Positions 41,110 through 52,087 of a stretch of 64,000 nt of DNA are shown here, one piece after another. Below the pieces are notes generated by a model. The model was not told the DNA's origin. It saw only the letters and a list, made by a program, of their open reading frames with translations, and did no database searches. The stretch lies in assembly GCF_004010195.1 (NCBI RefSeq), contig NC_057720.1:6984031-7048030 (forward strand), read 5' to 3'. Made by a program: the position numbers and the translations under genes. The DNA is from Chiloscyllium plagiosum (Eukaryota). Position 1 is the first letter of the stretch. Every line of letters starts with the position of its first letter.

Positions 41110-41143
41110 CTGAGGATGTCACCTAGACAGGGGACGAAACGTT
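41110..41143 (+). ncRNA. Minimal hammerhead ribozyme motif in a Penelope pseudo-LTR
   Basis: gca-CTGAGGA-T-GTCACCT-agac-AGGGGAC-GAAA-CG-TT-tgc. Intact core, stem II with one A.G mismatch, stem I gca/tgc. Confidence 0.7.
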
Positions 41144-42794
41144 TGCAACAAAAATTTCCAGCTCAGCGAACAGAACCACAACAATGAATACACTGATGGC
41201 TGAGACAAGTAATGGAAGCATCATCAGTGTCTGATAAAGTGGCTCTGAGTGAGTCACCCACAGCAATCCCAACACAATCGGAAACGTCAGATTGCTTACA
41301 ATGGCAAAGTCCTTGCCAGCTGTTGACATCAGCCTTGTCATTTATCTCTTTCGCTATTACAAGTTCAGACGCGATGCCATTGCAACCTCCCAGTGTGGCG
41401 CCGACTCCTCAAAGTTGCTGACACAAATAGGGTCTATGCCATGTGGGTGGAAGATTGCACTTAATTGCCTAATTATCCACTGCATCATTGCCAGGTTACA
41501 CAACCCTGCCCTGGGCCCTTCGTGTTTTTCCTTTTGTTTTTGTGGTTACCATTCCCAGCCTTCCCTGTCACCACTCCATGACTTCAGAATCCATCCTCAG
41601 GTTAAAGGCTCCCTACGCAGACCAACACTGAACACACACATAGTCTACTATTTTCAGTAACAGTTTTACCTCAGATTAATCTCGCCTCTTTCTCTGGAAT
41701 TACACACCAATTTGCAAAGGGCTGTGAAATTGGAAATATTCATTATATTATTTTCGTTAGAACTCCAAAATTGACTTTTTCTCTGTAAATAAATGATCCC
41801 TCTAATAGTCTACCATTTAATGTAATGGTAATTACATTAAATGGTAATGCAAGATGTCTGCTGTAATTAAAATTTTGAGCTCAATGGGCCATTTGCGATT
41901 AATGTCAAAATTAATTTCCTGGGATAGGAAGAATTTCAAATGCAAAGATATTTTCCAGCAAATGCACGCATTGAGACCATAGCGAGCCTTCATTTCACTG
42001 TTTCACACGCTCAAGGTTTCGCAAAATGCACCCAATTCTCGTCAGGCTTTAGATTTCAGAAAATGCTTCCCATTCAAACAGGAAGAGTCAGGTTCTCCGA
42101 TGGTTAGGGTGCCCTGTAGGGCAGCAGGTACATTCAACCACTGTTTCCATTCATCAATAAGGAATGAGCTTAGCAGTGATGCCTACTTCCATATGGGAAT
42201 GGCTTTCTGCTCACACCATTTGTGTGGCATGGGCAAATTGGGCAGCATGGACAGGTTGGGCTGAAGGGCCTGTTTCTGTATTGTAGACCTCTATGGCTCT
42301 ACTTTGGTTCTTGATGATGGCCTTTTGAAAGCAGAACCAAAGCCAGAGCTTGTGGGGCATGAGGGCAGGCAATGTCAAATGTTAGAAAAGATTTAGCATT
42401 TACAACAATGTCTTTCATGTCTGCAGGCTGTCCCCAGAGTGCTCTGCAACCAATGAAGAATTTGCAAAATGTAGTCTCTGTTGCAATTCAGTGGCTGCTG
42501 TGTGAGGCACCAAGCTCCTGCAAACGTGTGATTTATTTTGGTGAAATGGTTTGAGGGATCATTTGGACACAGCAGAGAACCTCGGCAAAGCGGTGTTGTG
42601 TGGGATCTGTTACAGATACAACAGACAGCACACTGTGCTGCAGTTCAACATCTCACTTCTGACTGGATAACACTCCCTCTGTATTGCACTGCAGCATCAG
42701 CTGAGATTCTAGAAATGGGCCATACACCGTGGCCTTTTGATTCACAAGCAGTCTGCTACATACTGGTCCACATCACCCAGGGGGAAGAACCAGT

Positions 42795-43647
42795 TGACAG
42801 CATAGAGGGCTGTTGTAGGCTGCAGTGGGACATTGACAGGATGCAGAGATGGGCTGAGAGGTGGCAGATGGAGTTCAACCTGGATAAATGTGAGGTGATG
42901 CATTTTGGAAGGTCAAATTTGAAAACTGGGGTACAGGATTAAGGATAGGATTCTTGGCAGTGTGGAGGAACAGAGGGATCTTGGTGTGCAGGTACATAGA
43001 TCCCTTAAAATGGCCACCCAAGTGGACAGGGTTGTTAAGAAAGCATATGGTGTTTTGGCTTTCATTAACAGGGGGATTGAGTTTAAGAGTCGTGAGATCT
43101 TGTTGCAGCTCTATAAAACTTTGGTTAGACCTCACTTGGAATATTGCATCCAGTTCTGGTCACCCTATTATAGGAAAGATGTGGATGCTTTGGAGAGTGT
43201 TCAGAGGAGGATTGCCAGGATGCTGCCTGGACTGGAGGGCTTATCTTATGAAGAGAGGTTGACTGAGCTTGGACTTTTTTCTTTGGAGAAAAGGAGGAGG
43301 AGAGTGGATCTAATTGAGGTATACAAGATAATGAGAGGCATAGATAGAGTCAATAGCCAGAGACTATTTCCCAGGGCAGAAATGGCTAACACGAGGGGTC
43401 ATAGTTTTAAGCTGGTTAGAGGAAAGTATAGAGGGGATGTCAGAGGCGGGTTCTTTACACAGAGAGTTGTGAGAGCATGGAATGCGTTGCCAGCAGCAGT
43501 TGTGGAAGCAAGGTTACTGGGGACATTTAAGAGACTGCTGGACATGCATATGGTCACAGAAATTTGAGGGTGCATACATGAGGATCAATGGTCGTCACAA
43601 TATCGTGGGCTGAAGGGCCTGTTCTGTGCTGTACTGTTCTATGTTCT
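42795..43647 (+). mobile_element. CR1 LINE 3' fragment, relatively young (201-codon open C-terminal frame)
   Basis: EEQRDLGVQVHRSLK...LYKTLVRPHLEYCIQFWSPYYRKD...FFTQRVVRAWNALP; tail ctgttctatgttcta. Confidence 0.95.
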
Positions 43648-43831
43648 AACCCCCTTTATGAAGTAGACAAATCTGAGCAGTACTTTTTTAAGCTTGCATG
43701 GGAATTGGGCCTTGCTGGCAGGAGCAGCCTTTGATGGCCATCCCACATTTGTTTTGGAGCGATTGGCTCTGCGAGCCACTTCAGAGGGCAGTTAATAGTC
43801 AAGCCTATTGCTGTGAATCCTGAATGCGGAT

Positions 43832-43985
43832 GTCACATGACACCAGGTTATAGTCCAACAGGTTTATTTGAAATCACAAGCTTTCGGTGCGGTCAGGTTC
43901 GAAAGCGTGCAATTTCAAACAAACCTGTTGGACTATAACCTGGTGTTGTGTGACTTCTGACTTTGTCCACCCTAACATCTCCACA
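43832..43985. mobile_element. Short palindromic PLE family B element (other copies near 16820-16980, 20368-20490, 27640-27762, 52955-53140, 56590-56632)
   Basis: Inverted arms acaccaggttatagtccaacaggtttatttgaaat / atttcaaacaaacctgttggactataacctggtgt. Confidence 0.75.
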
Positions 43986-44264
43986 TAGAACTTAGGCTAG
44001 ACCTGAACAATAAATCTCCCTTCTGAGAGATTTTTTTAATCCATTGTTTCCATTCCAGAGTTGATCAATTGAATTCAAATTTCACCCTTTCGTATGGGTG
44101 GGATTGGAACTCCTGCCCCAAGACATCAGCTTGGGAATGGTCTAGCCCGGCAATAGTACCACTGTGCCGCCACATCTTGTACATCATTCACTGTTTTTTC
44201 CTTCCTTGATATCCAATCATATCAACATAACAGCAGGCAAAGAGAAAAAAAGCCTTTATCGATT

Positions 44265-45740
44265 CAATTATTTGCAAAATTCTCACATTTATTTACTGTC
44301 AAAGAAGTGTTAAACTTTACATCAGGTATTAGGCGGGTGGGGGATCTCGTTATTAATAGGAAATACACAAAAAGAAATCATATCCTGGAGCAAATTTCTA
44401 TCGGGACCGTACAAACCCTGAATTGCAGGCAATGAGAAATAAATAAATTCTTGGGGGCCATGACATGAACTCTGGCCACGCTCATCACCCAGGGATTCAG
44501 CCTGCTTTTCTGATTGGCTGGACCAGATTGACTTGACAAGACTTTCTCAAAAAAAAGTGCCGATTCATTGCCCCCCCAACCCCTCCCAGAAAAAAAAAAC
44601 TCTGCATCTACCAACTCCCCCCCACCCCCCCACCCCCCTCACCCCATCAAGTATATTACAGTCAAAAGAAATGGAGATTGATTTAATGATGCTCATCAGA
44701 CTTGGCACAACTGGTTTGAATGACTCGGCGAAGATCGAAAGGGGCTTAACTCATCTGGGCCAAAGAAGAAACCGTTAGAGGTGGCAAATTCAGGGAAACA
44801 GGAAGAGAGGCTTTCCCTTAAAACCAAGAAGGGTGGAGCTCAAAAGAGGAAAAGGGGGAACGCTTCTGGCTGGCTCTGCACAGTGGACAAGTTGCAAACG
44901 AAAGAAGAGAAACACATTTCATCATCCAGTGCAGTCCGGGAGTCTCTCACAATATTTTTCATCCAACTGTTTAAAATTCTCAGGTCTGACAATGTATTTG
45001 ATTTATTTTACAATAGCAATACAACAAAATATATATTTTCTTTAGCCTTTTCTCAGTGAGAACAGAGAAGCTGTACAGCTGAGTAATGAACGTGATGTGT
45101 AAGGCCTGTGGCTGGGCTGCTATTGGCTGGACGGGAGGGGTGTCTCCATTCACCAATCAGGGAGGAGACGACCGGCCCTTTAAGGAAAGCGGCCAATGAA
45201 GCACAGTTCATCTCTGCGTTCGACAAAGCCTCTCTTGTGAAGGGGGGAACAATTAAGGGACTACACACAACTATTGCAAGGTCTTCCCATCGTTGGCTGG
45301 CTCCCTGACCCACTGGATTGGGTAGGAAGTGGAGGGCTTGAGGAATGCAAGGTGCAACTCTATATATATATTTATATTTATATATACACACGCACACACA
45401 CTCACACACACACACAACTGTGTTCAAAAACAGCTGCACTGGAATAGCCAGAAGTTCTCCCAAGGCATCAGCACAAAGACACAGAAGACCCCAGGTGACT
45501 TTTCTGGTTCAGTTTGCAACAGAACAAGACAGTTTCTGTGTTGCCACAGTCCGTTCCCTGTGTCACGTCAGAGTTGCAGGAGCCAGCTGTTTTTTTAAAA
45601 TTTTGTTCCTGTACAATGTAAAAAGCACCACAGGTGGCTGGACTGTCCGTTTGGGTACATACGAGGGGTGGCACCTATTAGACGTCCTTATCTCAGTGTG
45701 TTTGTTTTAGAGTTGAGTTTTTGTTTTTAGCGATTGTGTT
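44265..45740 (-). other. ADGRL2: ADGRL2 3'UTR (inferred)
   Basis: Transposon-free stretch after the stop codon, ending at an AATAAA with a downstream U/GU-rich tract. Repeats resume below about 44170. Confidence 0.65.
44288..44293 (-). promoter_or_regulatory. Candidate distal polyadenylation signal of ADGRL2
   Basis: AATAAA on the minus strand, followed ~35 nt downstream by tttttttctctttgcctgctgttatgttg. A second AATAAA at 45002-45007 lacks such an element. Confidence 0.6.
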
Positions 45741-46537
45741 TCAAAGGCTAGTTATCAGTTGCATCTGTCCTTCCCTCACATCCCCTTCTGGGATCGCTTC
45801 TTCCTTGTTAATGGGGATAATATATCCATCACTGTTGCCCTTGCTGATTTGATAATATGTCTGAAGTTGGTTCCCAGCACCGAGATTGGGCATACTTTTG
45901 TAGTAAAGGTCCTCATTCTCACTCCTCTTGGAGGGCGACAGATCTTCCTCTGGTTCAGGGCTGCTCTGTGGATATGGGGAGTCCCTCAGGTTCGGCATGC
46001 TCGTGTACAGGGAGTCTCTGTTGGGCGACTGCACCGAGTCCTGGGCCTTGGCGGAAAGCTCAGCCGCCTGGGCCTCGGCTTCAGGCTCGGCCCGCTTCTG
46101 CTGGTGGTAGAGGAGAGAGTGGGTCCGCTGAGGGATCAGCGGAGCCTCCAGTTCGGGCTGCCGAGCCTGGCCGGGCCGGTCTCCGCGCGCCAGGGTCGAA
46201 GCGTCGGCCACGATGGCGTCGTCCTCGCTGCTGCTGCTGTTGTTGTTGGCGACGGTGGCCATCTTGGCAGGCAGGCCTCGGTCGGCGGCGGCCATCTTGG
46301 CGGGCAGGCTGCGCTCGAGGTTCGGCGCCTTGTGGCTGCCTCGGAGGTTGTTGTGCACCAGCTCGGAGATGATCATCTTCTCGAAGGCCGTGTCGCCCAG
46401 GCTCAAGCCGCAGTCCAACGCCTGCACGCTGTCATTGGAGAAATCCCCGTTCCGAATCGAGTAGCTGTTGTTGAAGTTCCCGTTAAGTGGTAGAGTATCC
46501 ATCGCGCTGTTGTCCCTCCCGTTGTTCAGTGAATGAC
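45741..46537 (-). CDS. ADGRL2: Adhesion GPCR L2 (latrophilin-2), terminal coding exon (C-terminal cytoplasmic tail)
   Basis: Acceptor tttttctcttgttgcag|GT CAT TCA (phase 1). Translates (G)[26 protein letters not shown]...[16 protein letters not shown]...[12 protein letters not shown]...[15 protein letters not shown]...[20 protein letters not shown]...[11 protein letters not shown]...[14 protein letters not shown], which I recognise as the latrophilin-2 tail with its class I PDZ-binding end. Confidence 0.96.
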
Positions 46538-48534
46538 CTGCAACAAGAGAAAAAAATGCATGACAGAGTTAGTGTCCTTGTCAGTCCCTTCCGACCAACC
46601 TTTCAAACCCGAAGGAAAGAATAACCAAATTTTTTTTGAATGCAGTTCAGGACAAAGCAGCAATTTTGAGCATTTAAGGATAAATGGAGCTGAGAATTAA
46701 CCCCACCCTGTTCACCCCCAAAAAAATCTAATCTCACTGAGGAAGAGAAATACAACACCATCTCTTTGCCTGTAATACTTATAGTGTGTGGGGCACAGCA
46801 AAATGGATTTGTTTTGTCCTGAAATACATTACAGCTGACCTGGGTCAGGAGAGGAGGAACGAGATAAACACACAACCTTCATGAAACAAGTGCAAATAAA
46901 CAGAACTAAACAATATCAACACAGCAACAGCAAGCAAGACTAACGTTACGGAGCCTTTTCAGCGTGGAACACCGTGTTGCAAAGCGAGGGAAGTGGGGGT
47001 GGGGTGGGGTGGGGGGGGTGGAGAAACAGACAAAGCACAAAGTCAGCAGAACATAAACCAAACAGTCAACCTTCTAGAATGACAAGCACCATCTGAAAAA
47101 CACGACAGACATCAGCTGGATTGGCTCACATGGGGCATTTCACATCAAGTCTGTCTGCTCAAGCTAGTGAGTGTAAGGGTAGCTGACACAAAAGAAAGTG
47201 AAGTGATCATTGCAGCATGAAGAAAGATCACACAAACATCTCGAAAGAGAGAGAGAGAGACAGAGACAGAGAGAGCGAGAGAGAAAAGAAACCAGCCAAA
47301 TGCAATTGCAGGCCTTCCCGTTTAGAATCAAATGCTGGAAATCTGAAACAAAATCAGAAATGGCCGGAGAAACTCAGCAGGTCTGGAGAGAGAAAGCAGA
47401 GATAACGATTTGGGTCTGTGACCCTTCTTCAGGGCCCTGTTCCTGAAACGTTGACTCTCACCCCACAGATGCTGCCAGACCTGCCCAAGATTCCCCAGGA
47501 CTTACTGAATCTCTACAGTGTGGAAACAGGCCATTCGGCCCAACTGGACCACTGACCCACTGAAGAGTAACCCACCCAGATCCATTCCCTATTACTCTAC
47601 ATTTACCCCAGACTAATGTACACCTAACCTACACATCCCTGAACACTCTGGGCAATTTAGCATGGCTAATTCACCTAACCTACATATCTTTGGATTGTGG
47701 GAGGAAACCGGAGCACCCGGAGGAAATCCACACAGACACGGGGGAGAACGTGCAAACTCCACAGACAGTCACCCGAGGCTGGAATCGAACTCAGGTCCTT
47801 GGTGCTGTGAGGCAGCAGTGCTAACCGCTGAGCCACCTTCCCAGTTTTGTTTGGGGTCTTCTTTTTCTGGTTTCAGCTTCTCATTCCTGATGCTCAGTTT
47901 TCTTGTGAGGGACAGGCAGTTCCCACCCATCATTATCCCCCTTCTGTCCATGACCCCCTCCCCCTGCACCCACACTTGAGAGAGTAGGAGGTCTTCAATC
48001 ACAGTGACGAGGCTGACGGGGGTCAGGAAAGAGGTGGCACTGCTCATGGGGCTGGGGCCTGGCTTTTGTAAGACAATGTCCTTCAAGAGCCTAACCCCAG
48101 TGGACAACTGAAGATATTTTCCAAACCAAACACCGAAAGCACTGGAGAAACTCAGCTGATCTGAAGTGTTTGTGGGAAGAGAAACAGAGTGAATGTTTCA
48201 ATGCTTCATCACAACTGACGTGTTCCCCGGGGCAGGCTGCAGAAAATGGAAGAGTAACTGTGTGTCGGGAGGGGAAGGGAGATGCTTGTTATCCTCAGGA
48301 ATAAAGGCAAAGTCTTGCAGAAGCTGGAAATCCAAAACAAGCACAGAGAATGAGGCAGCAACTCAGCAGGTCTGGGGTCTGGCCTTGCCTCAGCACTGAC
48401 ATTCTTCAGAACTGGCCCTGAAGATGATTCATACCAGACTCGAAATGGTAACTGTCTTCTTCTGTCTCCACAGATGCTGCCGGAAATGCTGAGCTTCTCC
48501 AGCAATATCTGTGCTTGCTCACAATAGCTATAAG

Positions 48535-48930
48535 CAGGTGTGTAGGCTTGCGTGTGTTTATATGTGTGTGAATGAGGGAGAGAGTTGGTGTTGTGTGTGT
48601 GTGTGTGTGTGTGAGTGTGTGTATCAGTGTGTGTGAGAGCTTGTATGTGTGTGAGGATATGAGTGAGTGAGAGCATGTTTTTGAGTGTGTGAGTGAGAAT
48701 GTGTGTTTGAGTGAGTACATGTGAGTGTGCATGTGAGTGAGTGACTAAGTGTGATTGAGTGGGTGTGAGAGTGTGTTTGAATCTGTGTGTGCATGTGTGA
48801 ATGTGTGAGAGTGTGTTTGAATGTGTTTGTGCAAATCAGTGTGTGCCTGTCTGCATGCATATCCGTGTGTGATCGAGTGAGTGTGAGAGCATATTTGAGT
48901 CAGTGTTGTGTGTGTCAGAGTATGTGTGCA
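48535..48930. repeat. Degenerate (GT)/(GA) microsatellite
   Basis: gtgtgtgtgagtgtg... low-complexity tract. Confidence 0.95.
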
Positions 48931-50205
48931 TAGGAGCAGCCTCATCCATTTGCAGGATGTTGGAAACAATAATGAGGGAGCATTATACTATTTTCCAGCT
49001 TAAGAAATCCTCCAGGCCCAGCACAGACATGTAAACAGCCAGCATGTGATTTGAACACAAATGCAAATGCGGACATGTGCGGAAGGGTGGGGAAGACGAT
49101 GAGCACATTTATGAGCACGGCATGCCTTGGAAAGTGTGATTTGTATTTTCCTTCACTGTCTGGAATGATGCTAAATGTGAGTGTGGAGTGTGACTGGCTG
49201 AGAGTGATCGCGGAAAGGTTACGTAGAGACTTTGAAGGAGAACAGCTTTGGCTGGAACAGCTGCACTAGACTCCAGGGCCCTGGTGCTGACACTGGCTGA
49301 TTGCAGAAGGAGCTAGGAGGTGAGGGTGTGAGTTGACCTCCCGGGGAGAGATGCGCAGTAGGCAGTTTTAGTGACTCTGGATTCGACAAGTGCTCGGTTC
49401 CCAGGGGAATTCACGCCGCTGGTTTGATTGACCTTCGTAGATTTTGTTGAAGAGATCACTCCTTCCTCTTCACTTCACCCCCTCTCCTTTCCCATCTGCT
49501 CCCCCCTCCCAAAACCCCTTTCCTCTCCAGTGAACATCCTGACTGTTGCTGACATTGCCTGCCCCTTTGTGTACCTCGGAGACAGGGCCAGCTGTCGACT
49601 CGAGCATGGACAATGAGTGAGTGCTGGGGAGAGGGGCTCAAAAAGCCTGATACCTCTTCTCATCAAAAGTACCATGCCCTGTGGACCTGCTTGACACTGA
49701 GAGCAGGAGACTTCGCCGAATATCCCTTCCCCAAACCCCAAAGAGCAAAGCAGAAAAGGAAGACAATTCCCAGAAGTAGGAAAGGCAGTAAAAGCTGTGT
49801 TTGAGACAAACTTGGAGGACCAGCCCATTCATTTCCAAATACTGCCGTCTTTATTTGCAGCCCACTCTGTTTTATCCTCTCCTGAGAAATCTCTGCTGGG
49901 GGTCTCGATGGCCCTCACAACCTCACTGTTCAGGACAGGCCCGAAAATCTGAATGCTACTTTTTAACCACAACAACGAATGTGGGACCCTGCAAAAACTA
50001 AATTTGCTCTGACAGTATTGCAGTTGCTGTTTACGTTCATCATACCTGTCCTATCAGCACCAGTTCACCCAATTAACAGCCAGAGAATCACAGAGAATCG
50101 TTTGCCACTGAGTCTATTCCTCAGCCTCCAGTTATTTTTTCATCTCATTTCAAATAAAGAAAGAGTAAAGTAAAATTAAACAAGCATGCTGGAAGTTTTT
50201 TTTAC

Positions 50206-50257
50206 ATTTGATAGGCAAAGTTAAGTTTGACTCCCATACTTGTGTCTCTGTAGGTCA
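50206..50257 (-). CDS. ADGRL2: ADGRL2 alternative micro-exon: 18-nt form (50257-50240) or 52-nt frameshifting form (50257-50206)
   Basis: ccttatgcttccctctag|TG ACC TAC AGA GAC ACA A|GT ATG GGA GTC AAA CTT AAC TTT GCC TAT CAA AT|gtaaaa = VTYRDT(SMGVKLNFAYQ). This resembles the YRETSMGVKLN cassette I recall from latrophilin-2/3 splice variants. Confidence 0.88.
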
Positions 50258-51371
50258 CTAGAGGGAAGCATAAGGAAAGAGCAAAAGACAAGGTATGAAA
50301 AAAAAGCAAGCTCGGGTTAGATTCAACATACCACCTTTAACAACATGCAAGCTTTTGATCCTTCCTCTCTTTGCAAGTGCTCCTCGCGCTATAACTCCTT
50401 TGTTTGAGATCAGGTAGCAATCCCTTAGCTTTCCTGAGGTGAGCCCTCAGGGCAGTGAAGGGTCAAGTGGCTAGTTTGGTTCACAAGCTCACGCAGAGGT
50501 GATTGAGTGAAGAGAGGATTGCTCCATTGGTCACTTGTAAGAACATCGTCAAGGTCTGACACCTTGCTCTTCCTTTAAGGTGGTGCCTTGAACCACCATT
50601 TGCTTTGACACTTGGACAATACCCCCAGTAGGTCCTATACGCTCTCGATCACCCCCTTCCCCGCCCTCTGGTCTCCCCCGATACAGATGGTTTACCCACT
50701 CTCCGATCTCGGCCTACCAGGGGAGGTGGGAGCTGCACCCGACACCGTCTCCCAATACACCCTCACACAACTCCCCCGCGGCCTGTATTCCCATGGGAAG
50801 TGGGGTCTTTGGTAACAGTAAAGAACTCTCTCACATTCACTGCAAAATACTCTACTCTCCCCTCTTTCAGTGAGACACGGTGCCGTAGCCCCTGAATCTA
50901 GCTCATTCAGAATGAACTGGTGACAGAATGATGCATTGGTGGCAGGTGGAGGGGTTGACTAGTTCTTTCCCAAGGTCTTCAGCGAATTATCTCTCTCAGA
51001 AGGGAGGCGGTGAGGGTGGGCATGTAGAGGGTGTTGCTGAGTGGATGAGAGTTTAGGAGATGAGGAGATCTGGGGTGGCAATGAGCAGGAATGGGTGATG
51101 CAGTGGGGTGGGTGAGTGAATCAAGTGTGCAGGTCAGGAGGGCGAGTGGTGGTGCATTGGTAGGAATGACGGGAGAGAGGTGGGTTGCTTGCATCGAATA
51201 CCCTGCAGTCCACAAAGTGCCAAAGATCTGATAAGGATGGGCCCTGCTGAAAAGTCCTTTGTCCTTGCCTGGGTAATTCTGACTACAGGCCCACTCTAAC
51301 AACAGCCATCCAATAGACACACCTGCCACAGCCATGGTAACAATGGTTTCACAAGAGATAAGGAAGCACAC

Positions 51372-51500
51372 CTGGTGAGCTAAACACGTCAGCTGATGGG
51401 GAATTAAAGACAACAGTTTCCGCAAGCAAGGTGTTATAAGGGTTGTTAGTGCCATGGGGTCGCAGAAGAGGATTTGTTAGTAGGTAATTGCCCGTCATCC
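51372..51500 (-). CDS. ADGRL2: ADGRL2 internal 129-nt exon (phase 1-1)
   Basis: ttgttgcttcag|GG ATG ACG GGC AAT TAC ... TCA CCA G|gtgtgc. Translates [43 protein letters not shown], matching the latrophilin-2 cassette that precedes GHSLNN. Confidence 0.95.
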
Positions 51501-51552
51501 CTGAAGCAACAAGACAAAGAGAAATACATCAGTTTGTTTTTGTTTCTGTTCA

Positions 51553-51690
51553 ACACACACATACACACAAAAAACAATCTATCTCTCACTTTGTCTCTCT
51601 CTCTCTCTCTCACACACACACATATACACACACAAAAACAATCTATCACTCTCTCTCACACACACACACACAAAAACAATCTATCTCTCA

Positions 51691-51722
<32 letters not shown>

Positions 51723-51775
51723 AAAACAATCTATCTCTCACTCTCTCTCTCTCACACACATACACACACACACAA
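51553..51775. repeat. Compound minisatellite, 4 units of ~40-60 bp
   Basis: (ca)n-aaaaacaatctatc-(tc)n repeated four times. Confidence 0.95.
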
Positions 51776-52087
51776 CCCTTAACAATGGAAATGATGCATC
51801 TTTTAAAAACCCATCTGAGGAGGCCTGCCCGTTTCTGATGTAAAATTGTGACTCATTGTACCATTGCTCAGGTGAAAACCATTTTAAAAAATGGCCCCAC
51901 AAAATGGGCAATAATTATCATCCCTTTCTTTTATTTTGAACATCAAGGTGGCTGACAGCCTGGTGTGGTATTGTCAATTCCATACACTTTAGGGAACATC
52001 ATCATGCTGGGAAAATAGGACTTTATGTTGCCTTGAGTCACCACAAGGTTCCCAAAGTGGAAAGGCCTGAGATCTTCACATAATGAT

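Larger units (their letters stand above)
40554..41183 (+). mobile_element. 5'-truncated Penelope-like retroelement with GIY-YIG remnant and inverted upstream pseudo-LTR
   Basis: Encodes NVVYKIPCKDCTKHYIG*TGRQLTIRIHKHQLAT and DDKQHEFDWDNTTIIGQAKQRTAREFLEAWHS. 40554-40720 is an inverted copy of the 3' end. 14-bp TSD atgaatacactgat at 40540-40553 and 41184-41197. Confidence 0.9.

Noticed and set aside
1..44200. Numerous 60-200 aa ORFs in the track
   Set aside because: They map to CR1, SINE or PLE fragments or to random frames; no second host gene is supported.
45759..46493. 244-aa (and 171-aa) plus-strand ORFs antisense to the ADGRL2 last exon
   Set aside because: Shadow frames expected from a GC-rich coding exon; no recognisable protein features.
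48941..49265. Stop-free minus-strand frame of ~108 codons after a TAG in the last ADGRL2 intron (CSCSSQSCSPSKSLRN...)
   Set aside because: No polypyrimidine tract, phase does not match the upstream donors, and no similarity to latrophilin sequence that I recognise.
51553..51775. Regularly spaced repeat resembling a CRISPR array
   Set aside because: Eukaryotic DNA; the intervening sequences are microsatellite, not unique spacers.
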